Part shown: positions 1-9,117 of the stretch, piece after piece
Layout: each line of letters starts with the position of its first letter
Position numbering within the stretch: the first letter of the stretch is position 1
Sequence record: OR525702.1
Origin: Escherichia phage vB-Eco-KMB23
Direction: 5' to 3' (one strand)
Length of the DNA: 64,000 nt
Translations under genes and position numbers: made by a program
Notes under the pieces: model-generated
Told to the model about the DNA's origin: nothing
Databases searched by the model: none
The model's input: only the letters and a program-made list of their open reading frames with translations

Positions 1-358
1 CCATCTCTGGAATCATAACGCCATCTTTATTTTCAAAATAAGACTCGCAATGGCAATTTCTGAACATCTCATGCTCTACTGGAATCGTATAATAAAATAA
101 CTGTAAGTCTTTATTACTAGAATATTTAAATACACCTAGGTCTTCTAGAAGGTCTGGATTATAATTGCTAAAACCGGTCTCTTCTAAGCATTCTCTTTTT
201 GCAGCTTCCAGTGCATTCAAATCAGAACTTTCTACACGGCCCTTTGGAATATCCCAACGATGTGCCATCATTCCAGGCTTACGAGAACCAGTAACCCGAC
301 CCATAAATAAATCTTTATCTTCTGTCATAAAGATAATACCAGCTGATAGTGTTTTCAT
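1..358 (-). CDS. nudE: Nudix hydrolase NudE (e.1), 5' portion only; gene runs off the left edge of the window
   Basis: Minus-strand translation from ATG at 358..356 gives MKTLSAGIIFMTEDKDLF...GRVESSDLNALEAAKRECLEETGF, containing a Nudix box (GX5EX7REUXEEXGU-like). Confidence 0.8.
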   Translation of the reverse strand, partial: MKTLSAGIIFMTEDKDLFMGRVTGSRKPGMMAHRWDIPKGRVESSDLNALEAAKRECLEETGFSNYNPDLLEDLGVFKYSSNKDLQLFYYTIPVEHEMFRNCHCESYFENKDGVMIPEM

Positions 359-843
359 TTTAATTTCCTGCATTCAGTGATAAAGTTATTTAAATTTTGA
401 GTATATTTCTTTTCATCAAAAATCTTTTGTTGTCTGCGTAAACGCCATGGCATTTCAATGAACACGCACCACATTCCTGATAATATTGCTGCTGTCAAAA
501 TATTAACAAGCATAATTAAAAGAATCCAATCTCCTGTTCTGCCTATTGGACTTTCACCAAAGAAGCAAAATACAAATGATGTCACAGGAAAACTAATGAT
601 ATACCACAGAATCATAATCTTATTTGTAAACCAATCAGCGTTCGTTAGCTTAGCGCGACCATTATGAATACACACGAATTTATCATCTGTTATAATAGAT
701 GGCTTAGCTGCTTGATATCCCATTCTAAACTCCCTAATCAACAAATTTTTCATATCTTCGGAACAACCATTCCAGTCAACTCTATTAACTGAAATGCCAT
801 CATCCCCATCATCTAAATCATACCAGCGAGTTTTTAAAATCAT
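355..843 (-). CDS. hypothetical membrane protein (positional e.2-like)
   Basis: 162 aa ORF with hydrophobic stretches (ILWYIISFPVTSFVFCFFG; WILLIMLVNILTAAILSGMWCVFI); stop overlaps nudE start (ATGA). Confidence 0.6.
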   Translation of the reverse strand: MILKTRWYDLDDGDDGISVNRVDWNGCSEDMKNLLIREFRMGYQAAKPSIITDDKFVCIHNGRAKLTNADWFTNKIMILWYIISFPVTSFVFCFFGESPIGRTGDWILLIMLVNILTAAILSGMWCVFIEMPWRLRRQQKIFDEKKYTQNLNNFITECRKLK

Positions 844-1202
844 TTAATTTTCCTGCAATCACTCACAAACTCTTCCATTGATTCTTTTTCAATATAAGAC
901 ATGTAGTTGTTATATTCCTTTAATTGTATTTTGTAATCCTTTTTTCTTTGCCAATTTATTTTAAAATTATCATAATGAAAATATAACATGGTACCAAAGA
1001 ATGAAAATAATGAAATAATTTTAGTATAGTGAAGTTCACTCCAAACTTCTATTATATTTACTGTGCCGTCAATGTTTAAAATAATACAGTCAATTAACAA
1101 TCCAAAAAGACTACCCGCAAGAGCTGCAGCCAACGCCACAGCAAAAATTAAAAATGACTCAGGAAGAGAATATTTGACTTTATTTAGTTTTGGCTTTTGC
1201 AT
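840..1202 (-). CDS. hypothetical small membrane protein
   Basis: 120 aa ORF, two predicted hydrophobic helices; 4-nt overlap with neighbouring genes, typical T4 packing. Confidence 0.6.
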   Translation of the reverse strand: MQKPKLNKVKYSLPESFLIFAVALAAALAGSLFGLLIDCIILNIDGTVNIIEVWSELHYTKIISLFSFFGTMLYFHYDNFKINWQRKKDYKIQLKEYNNYMSYIEKESMEEFVSDCRKIK

Positions 1203-1576
1203 CGTGATTCCTTAACAAATTTCATAATTTCATCAAATTCATGTGCAGCAAGTTTAAGCTGATGTTCCTTTTTAATCTTTTTACACTGGGCTTTCCAATC
1301 ACGTACACGTTTACGATAGTGTCTTCCTTGATACCAGTATCCCACCCAATTTACAGGTACTAATAAAAATGGAACTATCATTGGAAGAATTAGTGTTGAC
1401 GCAAATATTACATTAGATTCAATATCAGTCATAACATCTATAACTATTCCAACCCCCAGTAGAATTACAAATGATACAGCTATTACAGGACCTATTAATA
1501 CATCAGTAGAAATTAGCTGGCGCTTTAATTCATACTTCAACGGTTTACTTGGAAGATACATTGATGGCTTTGACAT
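1184..1576 (-). CDS. hypothetical small membrane protein
   Basis: 130 aa ORF with long hydrophobic segments (VLIGPVIAVSFVILLGVGIVIDVM; IFASTLILPMIVPFLLVPV). Confidence 0.6.
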   Translation of the reverse strand: MSKPSMYLPSKPLKYELKRQLISTDVLIGPVIAVSFVILLGVGIVIDVMTDIESNVIFASTLILPMIVPFLLVPVNWVGYWYQGRHYRKRVRDWKAQCKKIKKEHQLKLAAHEFDEIMKFVKESRCKSQN

Positions 1577-2159
1577 ATTCTCTACATTCCTTCACAAATT
1601 TTTCTAATAATAAATCGCTTTCAAAATTGGGATTTTCCACGAATTTATCAAAAAGATCATCAACAATAGTTAAGATATTCTTTTTACTAAGAATACGCTT
1701 ATTTTCATGCTTCGTTTCAGAATCAACTATAAGAGTAAAGAAATATTTCTTGCCCTGAAATTTTACAGTAGTATCAATATAGAATAAATTTGACTTTTGT
1801 AAATTACGTTTAAACCATGCATCACTTAAACTATAAACGCCAAGATAATCATAATCGTCGTTTAAATAACAGACCGTCCATTCAGGAGAAACAAAATCAG
1901 TAAATTCAACGTCAAAATCGCATGTTAATGAATGAATTGATTCAATACTGTTAATAAGTATTCCAGGACGTATTAAAGACTTTTTACCTCTAGAAAATCT
2001 TCCAGAAAGATTTTCATCAGTTTCATATGAAGAACCCCAATAATAATTACGTCCTTCTGCCATGCGTTTAAGAGCATTTAGTAATTGGTCTGGAACATCA
2101 ACCTGTCTTTGGAACTCTTCAAACATTGAATTAAAATCACTTTGCATTTTCATTTTCAT
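1545..2159 (-). CDS. hypothetical protein
   Basis: 204 aa ORF in co-directional gene run; no recognisable motif. Confidence 0.6.
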   Translation of the reverse strand: MKMKMQSDFNSMFEEFQRQVDVPDQLLNALKRMAEGRNYYWGSSYETDENLSGRFSRGKKSLIRPGILINSIESIHSLTCDFDVEFTDFVSPEWTVCYLNDDYDYLGVYSLSDAWFKRNLQKSNLFYIDTTVKFQGKKYFFTLIVDSETKHENKRILSKKNILTIVDDLFDKFVENPNFESDLLLEKFVKECREYVKAINVSSK

Positions 2160-2179
2160 TCCTATTTACTCCAAGTAAT

Positions 2180-2195
2180 AGGGGCCGAAGCCCCT
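2180..2195. terminator. GC-rich hairpin (aggggc-cgaa-gcccct); same element recurs at 43538..43553
   Basis: Perfect inverted repeat with CGAA/TTCG tetraloop in intergenic gap. Confidence 0.45.
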
Positions 2196-2200
2196 TATCA

Positions 2201-2794
2201 TTATTTCAGAGAATTAATGTATTCCTGAACATCGGCAGAGGTAGTTTCAACCCCAGAAGTATTACCATTAAAGGTTTCAACTCGAGCAAGGGTATCTTCA
2301 ATATCAACCTTAGTCAGTGCTGCAATTTCAACTACATCATCTGCAGTACTAATTCCAAGGGCATTTGCTGCACGAGTTTCACGGATATATTCCAATTTAA
2401 CTGCAAGTTCTTGGCGAGCATCATCTAACTCAACTACTTTCTTGGCAATTTCAATTCGCATTTCAGCATAACCATCAGCTTTAGTAGTCAACTGCTCAGC
2501 TGTTCGACGATATAGTAAACCGAGTTTAGCATGCATTGTTACATCTTGACCTTCAGAAAGGAGCTTGCGAATTTCGCGCTCTTTTGATTCGGCCTGCTTA
2601 TTCTTTTCGACAATAAGTTCACGAATACGCTTTTCTTCGTTAATAGATTTAATGGAAGCAGTTTTTAGGTCTTTAATCTTATCAAGTAGTTTTGCTGCTG
2701 CAGCAGTATACTGTTCTTCAACAGATAGATTTTTAGCCATAGCAGAACCAAGTTTAGTGCGAATAAACTCAACAATTTTCTTCAGTGTGTTCAT
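2201..2794 (-). CDS. coiled-coil protein, possibly PspA/IM30-like
   Basis: 197 aa, strongly alpha-helical/charged heptad-like sequence; loose resemblance to PspA by eye only. Confidence 0.55.
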   Translation of the reverse strand: MNTLKKIVEFIRTKLGSAMAKNLSVEEQYTAAAAKLLDKIKDLKTASIKSINEEKRIRELIVEKNKQAESKEREIRKLLSEGQDVTMHAKLGLLYRRTAEQLTTKADGYAEMRIEIAKKVVELDDARQELAVKLEYIRETRAANALGISTADDVVEIAALTKVDIEDTLARVETFNGNTSGVETTSADVQEYINSLK

Positions 2795-2836
2795 AGTATT
2801 TCCTTAGGTTGATTAAAATTAAAATCCACAGAAAAA

Positions 2837-3370
2837 TTATATCATGCTATTTAAGAGATGTAAACTATTTTTAATTTTACAAATTCGTTCAGCTTCTTCA
2901 ACAGCGGCAGTGATAATGCTTTTAGCTATAGGAGTACTAATACTAGTAGCTTTTACACTTAACACGATTTCTTTATCTTTACCAGGCCAACCCCACGATT
3001 TTTCACCATGAGTGCCTTTAATTACAGCAGACACCTCAAGTGAGCATCCATTATCACATGTTTTTACATTAACAACCCAAGTGTCACTTTTCTCAACCGG
3101 TTTATCCCAGTAAATATTAAGAATACGTGGGACATCAAATTTAGCAGGGCAAATCTTAACAGTAAGACCTTCGCTTTCTAGCCAATTAATAAGAGGGCGT
3201 TCATACATGCGGCGATGTGGGCTTTGAACTCGACAAGCTTTGTACCCATTGCTTGCGGCTTCACTAAGCTCTTCTAATACCTGCTTTTGCATTATTGATA
3301 AGATACCATCAAAAGATTTTTCGGAAGTTTCATTCAGTTCGGTATAAAGAGACATAACAGTTTTCCTCAA
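2837..3370 (-). CDS. hypothetical protein
   Basis: 177 aa ORF, compact spacing with neighbours. Confidence 0.6.
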   Translation of the reverse strand: MRKTVMSLYTELNETSEKSFDGILSIMQKQVLEELSEAASNGYKACRVQSPHRRMYERPLINWLESEGLTVKICPAKFDVPRILNIYWDKPVEKSDTWVVNVKTCDNGCSLEVSAVIKGTHGEKSWGWPGKDKEIVLSVKATSISTPIAKSIITAAVEEAERICKIKNSLHLLNSMI

Positions 3371-3411
3371 ATTATAGGCTCATAATATCTCAATCATGAG
3401 CCTATGTAAAC

Positions 3412-3687
3412 TTATTTCATATTATTGAAATATTCTTCTGCAATTTCGTCGTTATCATGATAAACTTTAGAAGACAGTTTAACATAACCTTCAGCAGTGA
3501 ACATGTTAATCACAACCTTTACAGTATACCACTGACCATCTTCATTACCCATTACTGCGTAAGTTTCAAACATCGGATGATCAGGACCGATAACTTTAAT
3601 ATCATTCACTGTACGACCAAAATCTTCTGAAACACATTTCATAAAGAAGTTGAACAGTTCGCCGTAATTATCCATTTCATTCTCCAA
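3412..3687 (-). CDS. hypothetical protein
   Basis: 91 aa ORF; preceded on the minus strand by a GTTTAC-N18-TACTAT promoter-like cassette. Confidence 0.55.
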   Translation of the reverse strand: MENEMDNYGELFNFFMKCVSEDFGRTVNDIKVIGPDHPMFETYAVMGNEDGQWYTVKVVINMFTAEGYVKLSSKVYHDNDEIAEEYFNNMK

Positions 3688-3718
3688 GTTGTTTTCTGTA
3701 TCAGTAGTTGATAGTTGT

Positions 3719-3748
3719 ATAGTACCATAGAAGAACAGGGATGTAAAC
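3719..3748 (-). promoter_or_regulatory. T4 early-type promoter-like element (GTTTAC -35, 18-nt spacer, TACTAT -10) on minus strand
   Basis: Plus-strand gtaaac at 3743..3748 and atagta at 3719..3724; same architecture repeated at 7749..7778, 8047..8076, 8378..8407. Confidence 0.5.
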
Positions 3749-3881
3749 AGTTTTGTGAAAAATTTTTTAAAAAGTTTTGGGGAATTCTAGGGCAAGGAGG
3801 GGAAATTAAAGGATAGGATAATATATTATAAAGGGTAGAAACTAAATGATGCCTAGAGAGGCCTGGAAAGGCCTAGATACC

Positions 3882-3910
3882 AAAAAGCCCCAACCTTTTG
3901 GTCGGGACTA
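3882..3910 (-). terminator. intrinsic terminator (10-bp stem with G-U pairs, AAAA loop, T-run) downstream of IP-like gene
   Basis: Minus strand reads AGTCCCGACC-aaaa-GGTTGGGGCT-TTTTT. Confidence 0.6.
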
Positions 3911-3916
3911 AGAATG

Positions 3917-4390
3917 TTATTTGATTTGTTTAGCAGACCAAATGCGGTCTTTAATAATTTTTTGGATGTCTTCAACATACTCGAGAGAATGAGCATGTGG
4001 GTTATCTTTAAAGCTATGAGCACGAGCTAGCTTTTGGCCTTCAGTTTTGATTACTAAAAGCTCTTTAAGGATAGCTTCATATTTGGAGATAATTCCTTTA
4101 ACGATATTTTTTTCTTGTGCGACTTTAGGATCTGCTTTAGGAGCAGGTTTACCCGAAGCCTTTGCAAAAGCAGCGCCAGTAGCAACTAAACTTTTCCAGG
4201 CCATACTAACTGCATTTCCCGTAAATCCTTCCGCTTTCATGTCGCGTGCGAACTGGAATCGTGATTCATCAGAAGCATCTTTGTAAGAATATTTACCCGC
4301 TGCAATGGCTGCTTTTGCGACAGCTTGAATTTCGGTGCTAGATGCTTCATTTAACACCGCTTCATTTAAAAATTGAGTATATGATTTCAT
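3917..4390 (-). CDS. internal-protein-like gene with N-terminal capsid-targeting sequence
   Basis: 157 aa; N-terminus MKSYTQFLNEA resembles the T-even IP leader (MKTYQEFIAE-type), which is cleaved by the gp21 prohead protease; late promoter TATAAATA directly upstream. Confidence 0.7.
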   Translation of the reverse strand: MKSYTQFLNEAVLNEASSTEIQAVAKAAIAAGKYSYKDASDESRFQFARDMKAEGFTGNAVSMAWKSLVATGAAFAKASGKPAPKADPKVAQEKNIVKGIISKYEAILKELLVIKTEGQKLARAHSFKDNPHAHSLEYVEDIQKIIKDRIWSAKQIK

Positions 4391-4430
4391 CTTATTTCCT
4401 GTTTTAATTCGTGGTTTTAATATACTACTA

Positions 4431-4438
4431 TATTTATA
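4431..4438 (-). promoter_or_regulatory. late promoter TATAAATA for IP-like gene
   Basis: Plus tatttata = minus TATAAATA, about 40 nt upstream of ATG at 4390. Confidence 0.6.
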
Positions 4439-4440
4439 CC

Positions 4441-4471
4441 AAAAAGCCCCAACCTTTCAGTCGGGGCTAAG
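4441..4471 (-). terminator. intrinsic terminator (AGCCCCGACT-gaaa-GGTTGGGGCT + TTTTT)
   Basis: 10-bp stem incl. G-U pairs, GAAA tetraloop, followed by T5 on minus strand. Confidence 0.6.
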
Positions 4472-4479
4472 CCTTGCGG

Positions 4480-4770
4480 CAACCTTGTCGGGGTTCCACC
4501 TGCTAAGGCAAGTGTTTGTACGAAACGCCGGGATTCGAACCCGGTTATTAAGTAGTTGACGCTACTCAATATTTTAAAAGGCCATATCTCGACCATATCC
4601 GAACGTTCCGTCAAAAACGCTACTCGGTTTACGGCAAACATATTTCCTCGAATCGATAATTCGGTGCGCCGTTTCTGCTGTGATAGTAAAGAGCCAGAAC
4701 ACAGTAAAACTGTGGGAGGAAACTATACTCCAGGGAACATCAGTCCGACGACTTACCGGTAGCGACCCGG
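4480..4770 (-). ncRNA. candidate structured small RNA region with tRNA-like T-arm
   Basis: No credible ORF; T-arm-like CCGGG-TTCGAAT-CCCGG at 4528..4544 (minus); small hairpins; sits between tRNA-Arg-proximal gene and terminator. May correspond to a T4 small stable RNA locus, not verified. Confidence 0.35.
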
Positions 4771-4774
4771 TTTC

Positions 4775-5125
4775 TTAGTATTCTTTTAAAGCATCAACCT
4801 GTTCACGACGTTTACGCCATAAATCAATTACTTCATACGCAGATTCAGCATTTCGAATTGGACGGCATTTATATAAAGACTTGTGATTTTGATATTGTGT
4901 AGATAACGGAATTTTATCTAAAAGGTCTTTACGTTCAAAATATTCGTAACCATCTAAACCAAATGAACGATTTTTGAGAAATTGCCAATGACCAAATTCG
5001 TTTTCGACATAAACATAATCTGCATGCTGATAAAGCAAATTAATTACACGTTCAGAAATAACAGTATCATTATGATTAAAATAGAATGTTAAATCATGAA
5101 CTACTAAATAAACATTACCTTTCAT
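4775..5125 (-). CDS. hypothetical protein
   Basis: 116 aa ORF immediately downstream (minus) of tRNA-Arg. Confidence 0.6.
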   Translation of the reverse strand: MKGNVYLVVHDLTFYFNHNDTVISERVINLLYQHADYVYVENEFGHWQFLKNRSFGLDGYEYFERKDLLDKIPLSTQYQNHKSLYKCRPIRNAESAYEVIDLWRKRREQVDALKEY

Positions 5126-5143
5126 ATTTTCCTCACTTATAAT

Positions 5144-5219
5144 TGGTCGAGGCAGTAGGGATCGAACCTACGACCCAGGACTTAGAAGGTCCTTGCTCTT
5201 CCTTCTGAGCTATGCCCCG
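5144..5219 (-). tRNA. tRNA-Arg (anticodon UCU)
   Basis: Hand-folded cloverleaf: acceptor CGGGGCA/TGCCTCG, T-arm GTAGG-TTCGATC-CCTAC, anticodon loop CT-TCT-AA, encoded CCA. Confidence 0.8.
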
Positions 5220-5223
5220 TAAT

Positions 5224-5299
5224 TGGGGTGACCGATGGGAGTCGAACCCATGACTACGAGAATCACAATCTCGAGTTCTACCAACTGAACTACGGCCAC
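5224..5299 (-). tRNA. tRNA-His (anticodon GUG)
   Basis: Acceptor GTGGCCG/CGGTCAC, D-arm TAGTTCAGTTGGTAGAACT, anticodon loop TT-GTG-AT, discriminator C, CCA encoded. Confidence 0.75.
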
Positions 5300-5413
5300 A
5301 TTAATACCTACTCCAACAATCATGATGTCTTCACACGAAATTAAGAGAAGAGTGATCAGTTCAACCCCTATAATCGCGTCAAGTAGATATTAATGTGACA
5401 GTTGTCACAAATT

Positions 5414-5488
5414 TGGCGGACGTGATAGGATTCGAACCTATAACCAATCGCTTAACAGGCGATCGCTCTGCCATTGAGCTACACATCC
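5414..5488 (-). tRNA. tRNA-Asn (anticodon GUU)
   Basis: Acceptor GGATGTG/CACGTCC, T-arm ATAGG-TTCGAAT-CCTAT, anticodon loop CT-GTT-AA, CCA encoded. Confidence 0.75.
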
Positions 5489-5492
5489 AAAT

Positions 5493-5579
5493 TGGTGGGG
5501 AGTGGTGGAGTCGAACCACCCGAGTCGCAATGACAATGGATTTACAGTCCACACCGCTACCTCTACGGGATAACTCCCC
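5493..5579 (-). tRNA. tRNA-Tyr (anticodon GUA), long variable arm
   Basis: 87 nt; acceptor GGGGAGT/ACTCCCC, anticodon loop CT-GTA-AA, long variable arm, T-arm GGTGG-TTCGACT-CCACC. Confidence 0.75.
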
Positions 5580-5591
5580 TAATTCATAATT

Positions 5592-5666
5592 TGGTGGCCC
5601 TGGGTGGAATTGAACCACCATCTGGCGATTATGAGTCGCTTGCTTGAACCTTCCAGCTACAGGGCC
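5592..5666 (-). tRNA. tRNA with CAU anticodon (Met, or Ile if lysidine-modified)
   Basis: Acceptor GGCCCTG/CAGGGCC, anticodon loop CT-CAT-AA, T-arm GGTGG-TTCAATT-CCACC. Confidence 0.75.
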
Positions 5667-5667
5667 T

Positions 5668-5743
5668 TGGTGCTGATTGACGGAATCGAACCGCCGACCT
5701 TCTCATTACAAGTGAGTTGTTCTACCTACTGAGCTAAATCAGC
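5668..5743 (-). tRNA. tRNA-Thr (anticodon UGU)
   Basis: Acceptor GCTGATT/AATCAGC, anticodon loop CT-TGT-AA, T-loop TTCGATT. Confidence 0.75.
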
Positions 5744-5748
5744 AAAAC

Positions 5749-5838
5749 TGGCGGAGGCGATAGGATTTGAACCTATGAGTCGCCGGAGCGACTGCCGGTT
5801 TTCAAGACCGGTGCATTAAACCACTCTGCCACGCCTCC
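5749..5838 (-). tRNA. tRNA-Ser (anticodon UGA), long variable arm
   Basis: 90 nt; acceptor GGAGGCG/CGCCTCC, anticodon loop CT-TGA-AA, long variable arm, T-arm ATAGG-TTCAAAT-CCTAT. Confidence 0.8.
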
Positions 5839-5844
5839 AAATAT

Positions 5845-6495
5845 TTATATATTGTTAATTTGATTTAGAATTCTTTTTGCTTGAGTATGACTTACACCAA
5901 TATGCTTAGCATATTTAGATAATTCACCACGTTTAGAAAAATCATATAATTTAGAAATTTCTATTCTTCTTTTTCTTTCATCCGCAGAAACTTTTGATTC
6001 GTTTGCTTTTGCTATTTTACGTTTAGCTTCTTGAGAATGAGTTTTACCAGCAAAGCCATTCTTCATTAATCCATTTGAAGACCATCCTTTTAATTTTCCG
6101 TTAGAATGTGCCTTTTTAACACCCAATGAAATTAATTCGCGTTGCTGATCTGTCATAGGATAATTATTTATATGATCCCATCCACCTTCACCGCCGAGTT
6201 TTAAATTATACACATCTGGTTTATTTAAAAACTCTTCTGTGACAATATTTTTCTCAGCTTCAAGCATAGATTCTTTATCATCAAAATACTCTAATATTTC
6301 TTTAGAAAAATTTTCTATACCATATTTATCTTGGGCTCTTTTTAATAATTTACCAGAACCCATATATCCATCATCTAAATTTTCGGTAGAATGCACACCA
6401 ATATAAATTTTATTATTAATTTTATTTGTTATTTTATAAAGATAAAAATGCATATCAGTCCCTAATAAAGAACTGAGCGTCTCACGACGAGTCAT
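5845..6495 (-). mobile_element. segB: GIY-YIG homing endonuclease (segB-like) embedded in tRNA array
   Basis: 216 aa; N-terminal YKITNKINNKIYIGVHST...GYMGSG matches GIY-YIG motif; gene sits 6 nt from tRNA-Ser and 5 nt from tRNA-Gly. Confidence 0.8.
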
Positions 6496-6499
6496 AAAT

Positions 6500-6573
<74 letters not shown>

Positions 6574-6578
6574 AAATT

Positions 6579-6665
6579 TGGTGCGAGAAGTGGGACTCGA
6601 ACCCACAAGGAAATCATTCCGCAGCATTTTAAGTGCTGTGCCTTTACCAATTTGACCATTCTCGC
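6579..6665 (-). tRNA. tRNA-Leu (anticodon UAA), long variable arm
   Basis: 87 nt; acceptor GCGAGAA/TTCTCGC, anticodon loop CT-TAA-AA, T-arm GTGGG-TTCGAGT-CCCAC. Confidence 0.8.
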
Positions 6666-6666
6666 G

Positions 6667-6739
6667 CTGGGAATAAAGGACTCGAACCTTTGCATCCTGG
6701 AATCAAAATCCAGTGCCTTACCAACTTGGCTAATTCCCA
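6667..6739 (-). tRNA. tRNA-Gln (anticodon UUG), CCA not encoded
   Basis: Acceptor TGGGAAT/ATTCCCA, anticodon loop TT-TTG-AT, T-arm AAAGG-TTCGAGT-CCTTT. Confidence 0.8.
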
Positions 6740-6836
6740 ATTATTAACAAAGGCTCTTAAGCAAGAACCCTTGATGATAGAGGGTATTAATCAGTGCGGT
6801 ATGAGTTAATAATAACAAATAATTCTTAAAGCATAT

Positions 6837-7121
6837 TTACCATTTATGATACGTATTTACGATGCATTCAAGACTTAAAGGATTCTTGAAAATATCATAT
6901 TCAAGAGGACCTTTTTCTGTTTCAATAAAGAAATCAAAATTTACTGTATTAAATTTACGGTCTTCCTTCACTAATTTAACCTGAGAAGATGAACGGTCAA
7001 TGTAAACCTTTTCAACTTCAAAACATGTTAAAATGCCATAATCATCAATCAAGGCTTTAGCTGCTTCTTGATCATATTTATATCCATTTTCAATGGACGA
7101 TACTTTAGCATAAAGAATCAT
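6837..7121 (-). CDS. hypothetical protein
   Basis: 94 aa ORF upstream (minus) of tRNA array. Confidence 0.55.
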   Translation of the reverse strand: MILYAKVSSIENGYKYDQEAAKALIDDYGILTCFEVEKVYIDRSSSQVKLVKEDRKFNTVNFDFFIETEKGPLEYDIFKNPLSLECIVNTYHKW

Positions 7122-7123
7122 TG

Positions 7124-7534
7124 TCAGCCTCTATCAACGATAGCATGAGTATGGGCATTTACGATTTGCCACCAGTCGAAACGATTGAAACCATAATCTG
7201 GTTTATTTTCATTTTCTTTAATGATATCACGCAGCTTATCTTCTGTTTCAGCATACGCAATTAAATCATCATATCCACCACAAGGGTAATAATTATCACC
7301 TGCGAATAAAAGAAAATTTACCTTAGATGGATTTACATAATAATGGTCTTTAGGATATTTAGTTCCTCTCCAATCAGTTACTTCAACATAACGGTAAGAA
7401 AATCCATTTTTACTTTCAATCCAACTCCACGCTTCAAAAGGAGTATTAAAAACTTTATCAGGTATTAAATTACCTTCAAAATGAGAAGGATTTGCATAAT
7501 CCCCAGCATAAACATAATATTCGTTAATACTCAT
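7124..7534 (-). CDS. hypothetical protein
   Basis: 136 aa ORF, adjacent to next gene by 1 nt. Confidence 0.6.
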   Translation of the reverse strand: MSINEYYVYAGDYANPSHFEGNLIPDKVFNTPFEAWSWIESKNGFSYRYVEVTDWRGTKYPKDHYYVNPSKVNFLLFAGDNYYPCGGYDDLIAYAETEDKLRDIIKENENKPDYGFNRFDWWQIVNAHTHAIVDRG

Positions 7535-7720
7535 TTATTCACCTTTAGAAATTTTATCCATAACGATAGCAATTAAACCAATTAAAAATGCTACTACAAG
7601 TGAAAACGCATTTTCTGCTGTAGTTAATAATCCGCATATAAATCCAACAAACATTGAAAAACTAAAAGCAGAAGCAGAAATTGCAATAGCAACATTTCGA
7701 ATTAATTCACAACGTTTCAT
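7535..7720 (-). CDS. hypothetical small membrane protein
   Basis: 61 aa, single hydrophobic helix; preceded by promoter cassette. Confidence 0.5.
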   Translation of the reverse strand: MKRCELIRNVAIAISASAFSFSMFVGFICGLLTTAENAFSLVVAFLIGLIAIVMDKISKGE

Positions 7721-7740
7721 TTTATTCTCCTCGGTAGTTG

Positions 7741-7778
7741 ATAGGGTAATAGTATCACTACCCTATCTAAAAGTAAAC
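7741..7778 (-). promoter_or_regulatory. early-type promoter cassette (GTTTAC-N18-TACTAT) with hairpin gatagggta/taccctatc
   Basis: Plus gtaaac 7773..7778, atagta 7749..7754; conserved core gtaatagtatcactac shared with copies at 8041.. and 8371... Confidence 0.5.
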
Positions 7779-8012
7779 TTATTTTTTACGAAAAATTGAT
7801 TTATTTTCTGCTGCCCATTTTTCAATAACTGCAGCAGGACCAGTAACAACAATTTTATCACCGTAATCTTCTGCGGCGAGTTGACCGAAATTATCTAATG
7901 CATCACGAAGAACTCCATGAGGCATTTCACCCATTTTATCTTTCTTGCCGGTGTAAATAAACTCAACTTTTACATCAGAAGATTCAGCGATAAACTCTTT
8001 GAAAGTTTTCAT
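7779..8012 (-). CDS. internal protein (IP) with capsid-targeting leader MKTFKEFIAE
   Basis: ORF track gives 99 aa from 8078; the conserved IP leader starts at internal Met (8012); alternative start at 8024 (MEIKMKTF...). Confidence 0.7.
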   Translation of the reverse strand: MKTFKEFIAESSDVKVEFIYTGKKDKMGEMPHGVLRDALDNFGQLAAEDYGDKIVVTGPAAVIEKWAAENKSIFRKK

Positions 8013-8040
8013 TTTGATTTCCATTTGGTTTTGTTTTGAT

Positions 8041-8098
8041 AGAGTAATAGTATCACTACTAAAACCCTGTGTAAACAACTTTGTGAAATTATTTTAAA
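8041..8098 (-). promoter_or_regulatory. early-type promoter cassette (second copy)
   Basis: Plus gtaaac 8071..8076, atagta 8047..8052; shares ...gtaaacaactttgtgaaattattttaaat with copy at 8401... Confidence 0.5.
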
Positions 8099-8346
8099 TC
8101 TTCTAATCGTTTCTTCATCTTAGAACCATTTTTAGCAATTTCTCCTGCATCTGAGCATAATGCTAAAAGTGCTTTAACTTTAGTTTGGTCTCCTTTAAAA
8201 GATGAAGGATCGACTGCAGCAGCAAGTTCTTTAATACGAGAGAAAAGACGCTCAGCTTCAGCTAAAGCCATTCCAAGCTTTACTTCCATACCGTGGGAAG
8301 ATTCGGTGATAGTAGTTTTTGTAGCAAACTCTTTGAAAGTTTTCAT
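8089..8346 (-). CDS. internal protein (IP) with capsid-targeting leader MKTFKEF
   Basis: 85 aa; N-terminus MKTFKEFATKT matches IP leader; SD AGGAAA upstream. Confidence 0.75.
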   Translation of the reverse strand: MKTFKEFATKTTITESSHGMEVKLGMALAEAERLFSRIKELAAAVDPSSFKGDQTKVKALLALCSDAGEIAKNGSKMKKRLEDLK

Positions 8347-8370
8347 TTTTATTTTCCTAATTAATTTTGA

Positions 8371-9116
<746 letters not shown>

Positions 9117-9117
<1 letters not shown>

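Noticed and set aside
4417-4762. ORFs 4417..4641(-) and 4556..4762(+)
   Set aside because: No SD or promoter context and they overlap terminator and tRNA-like structures; region better explained as non-coding RNA/regulatory.
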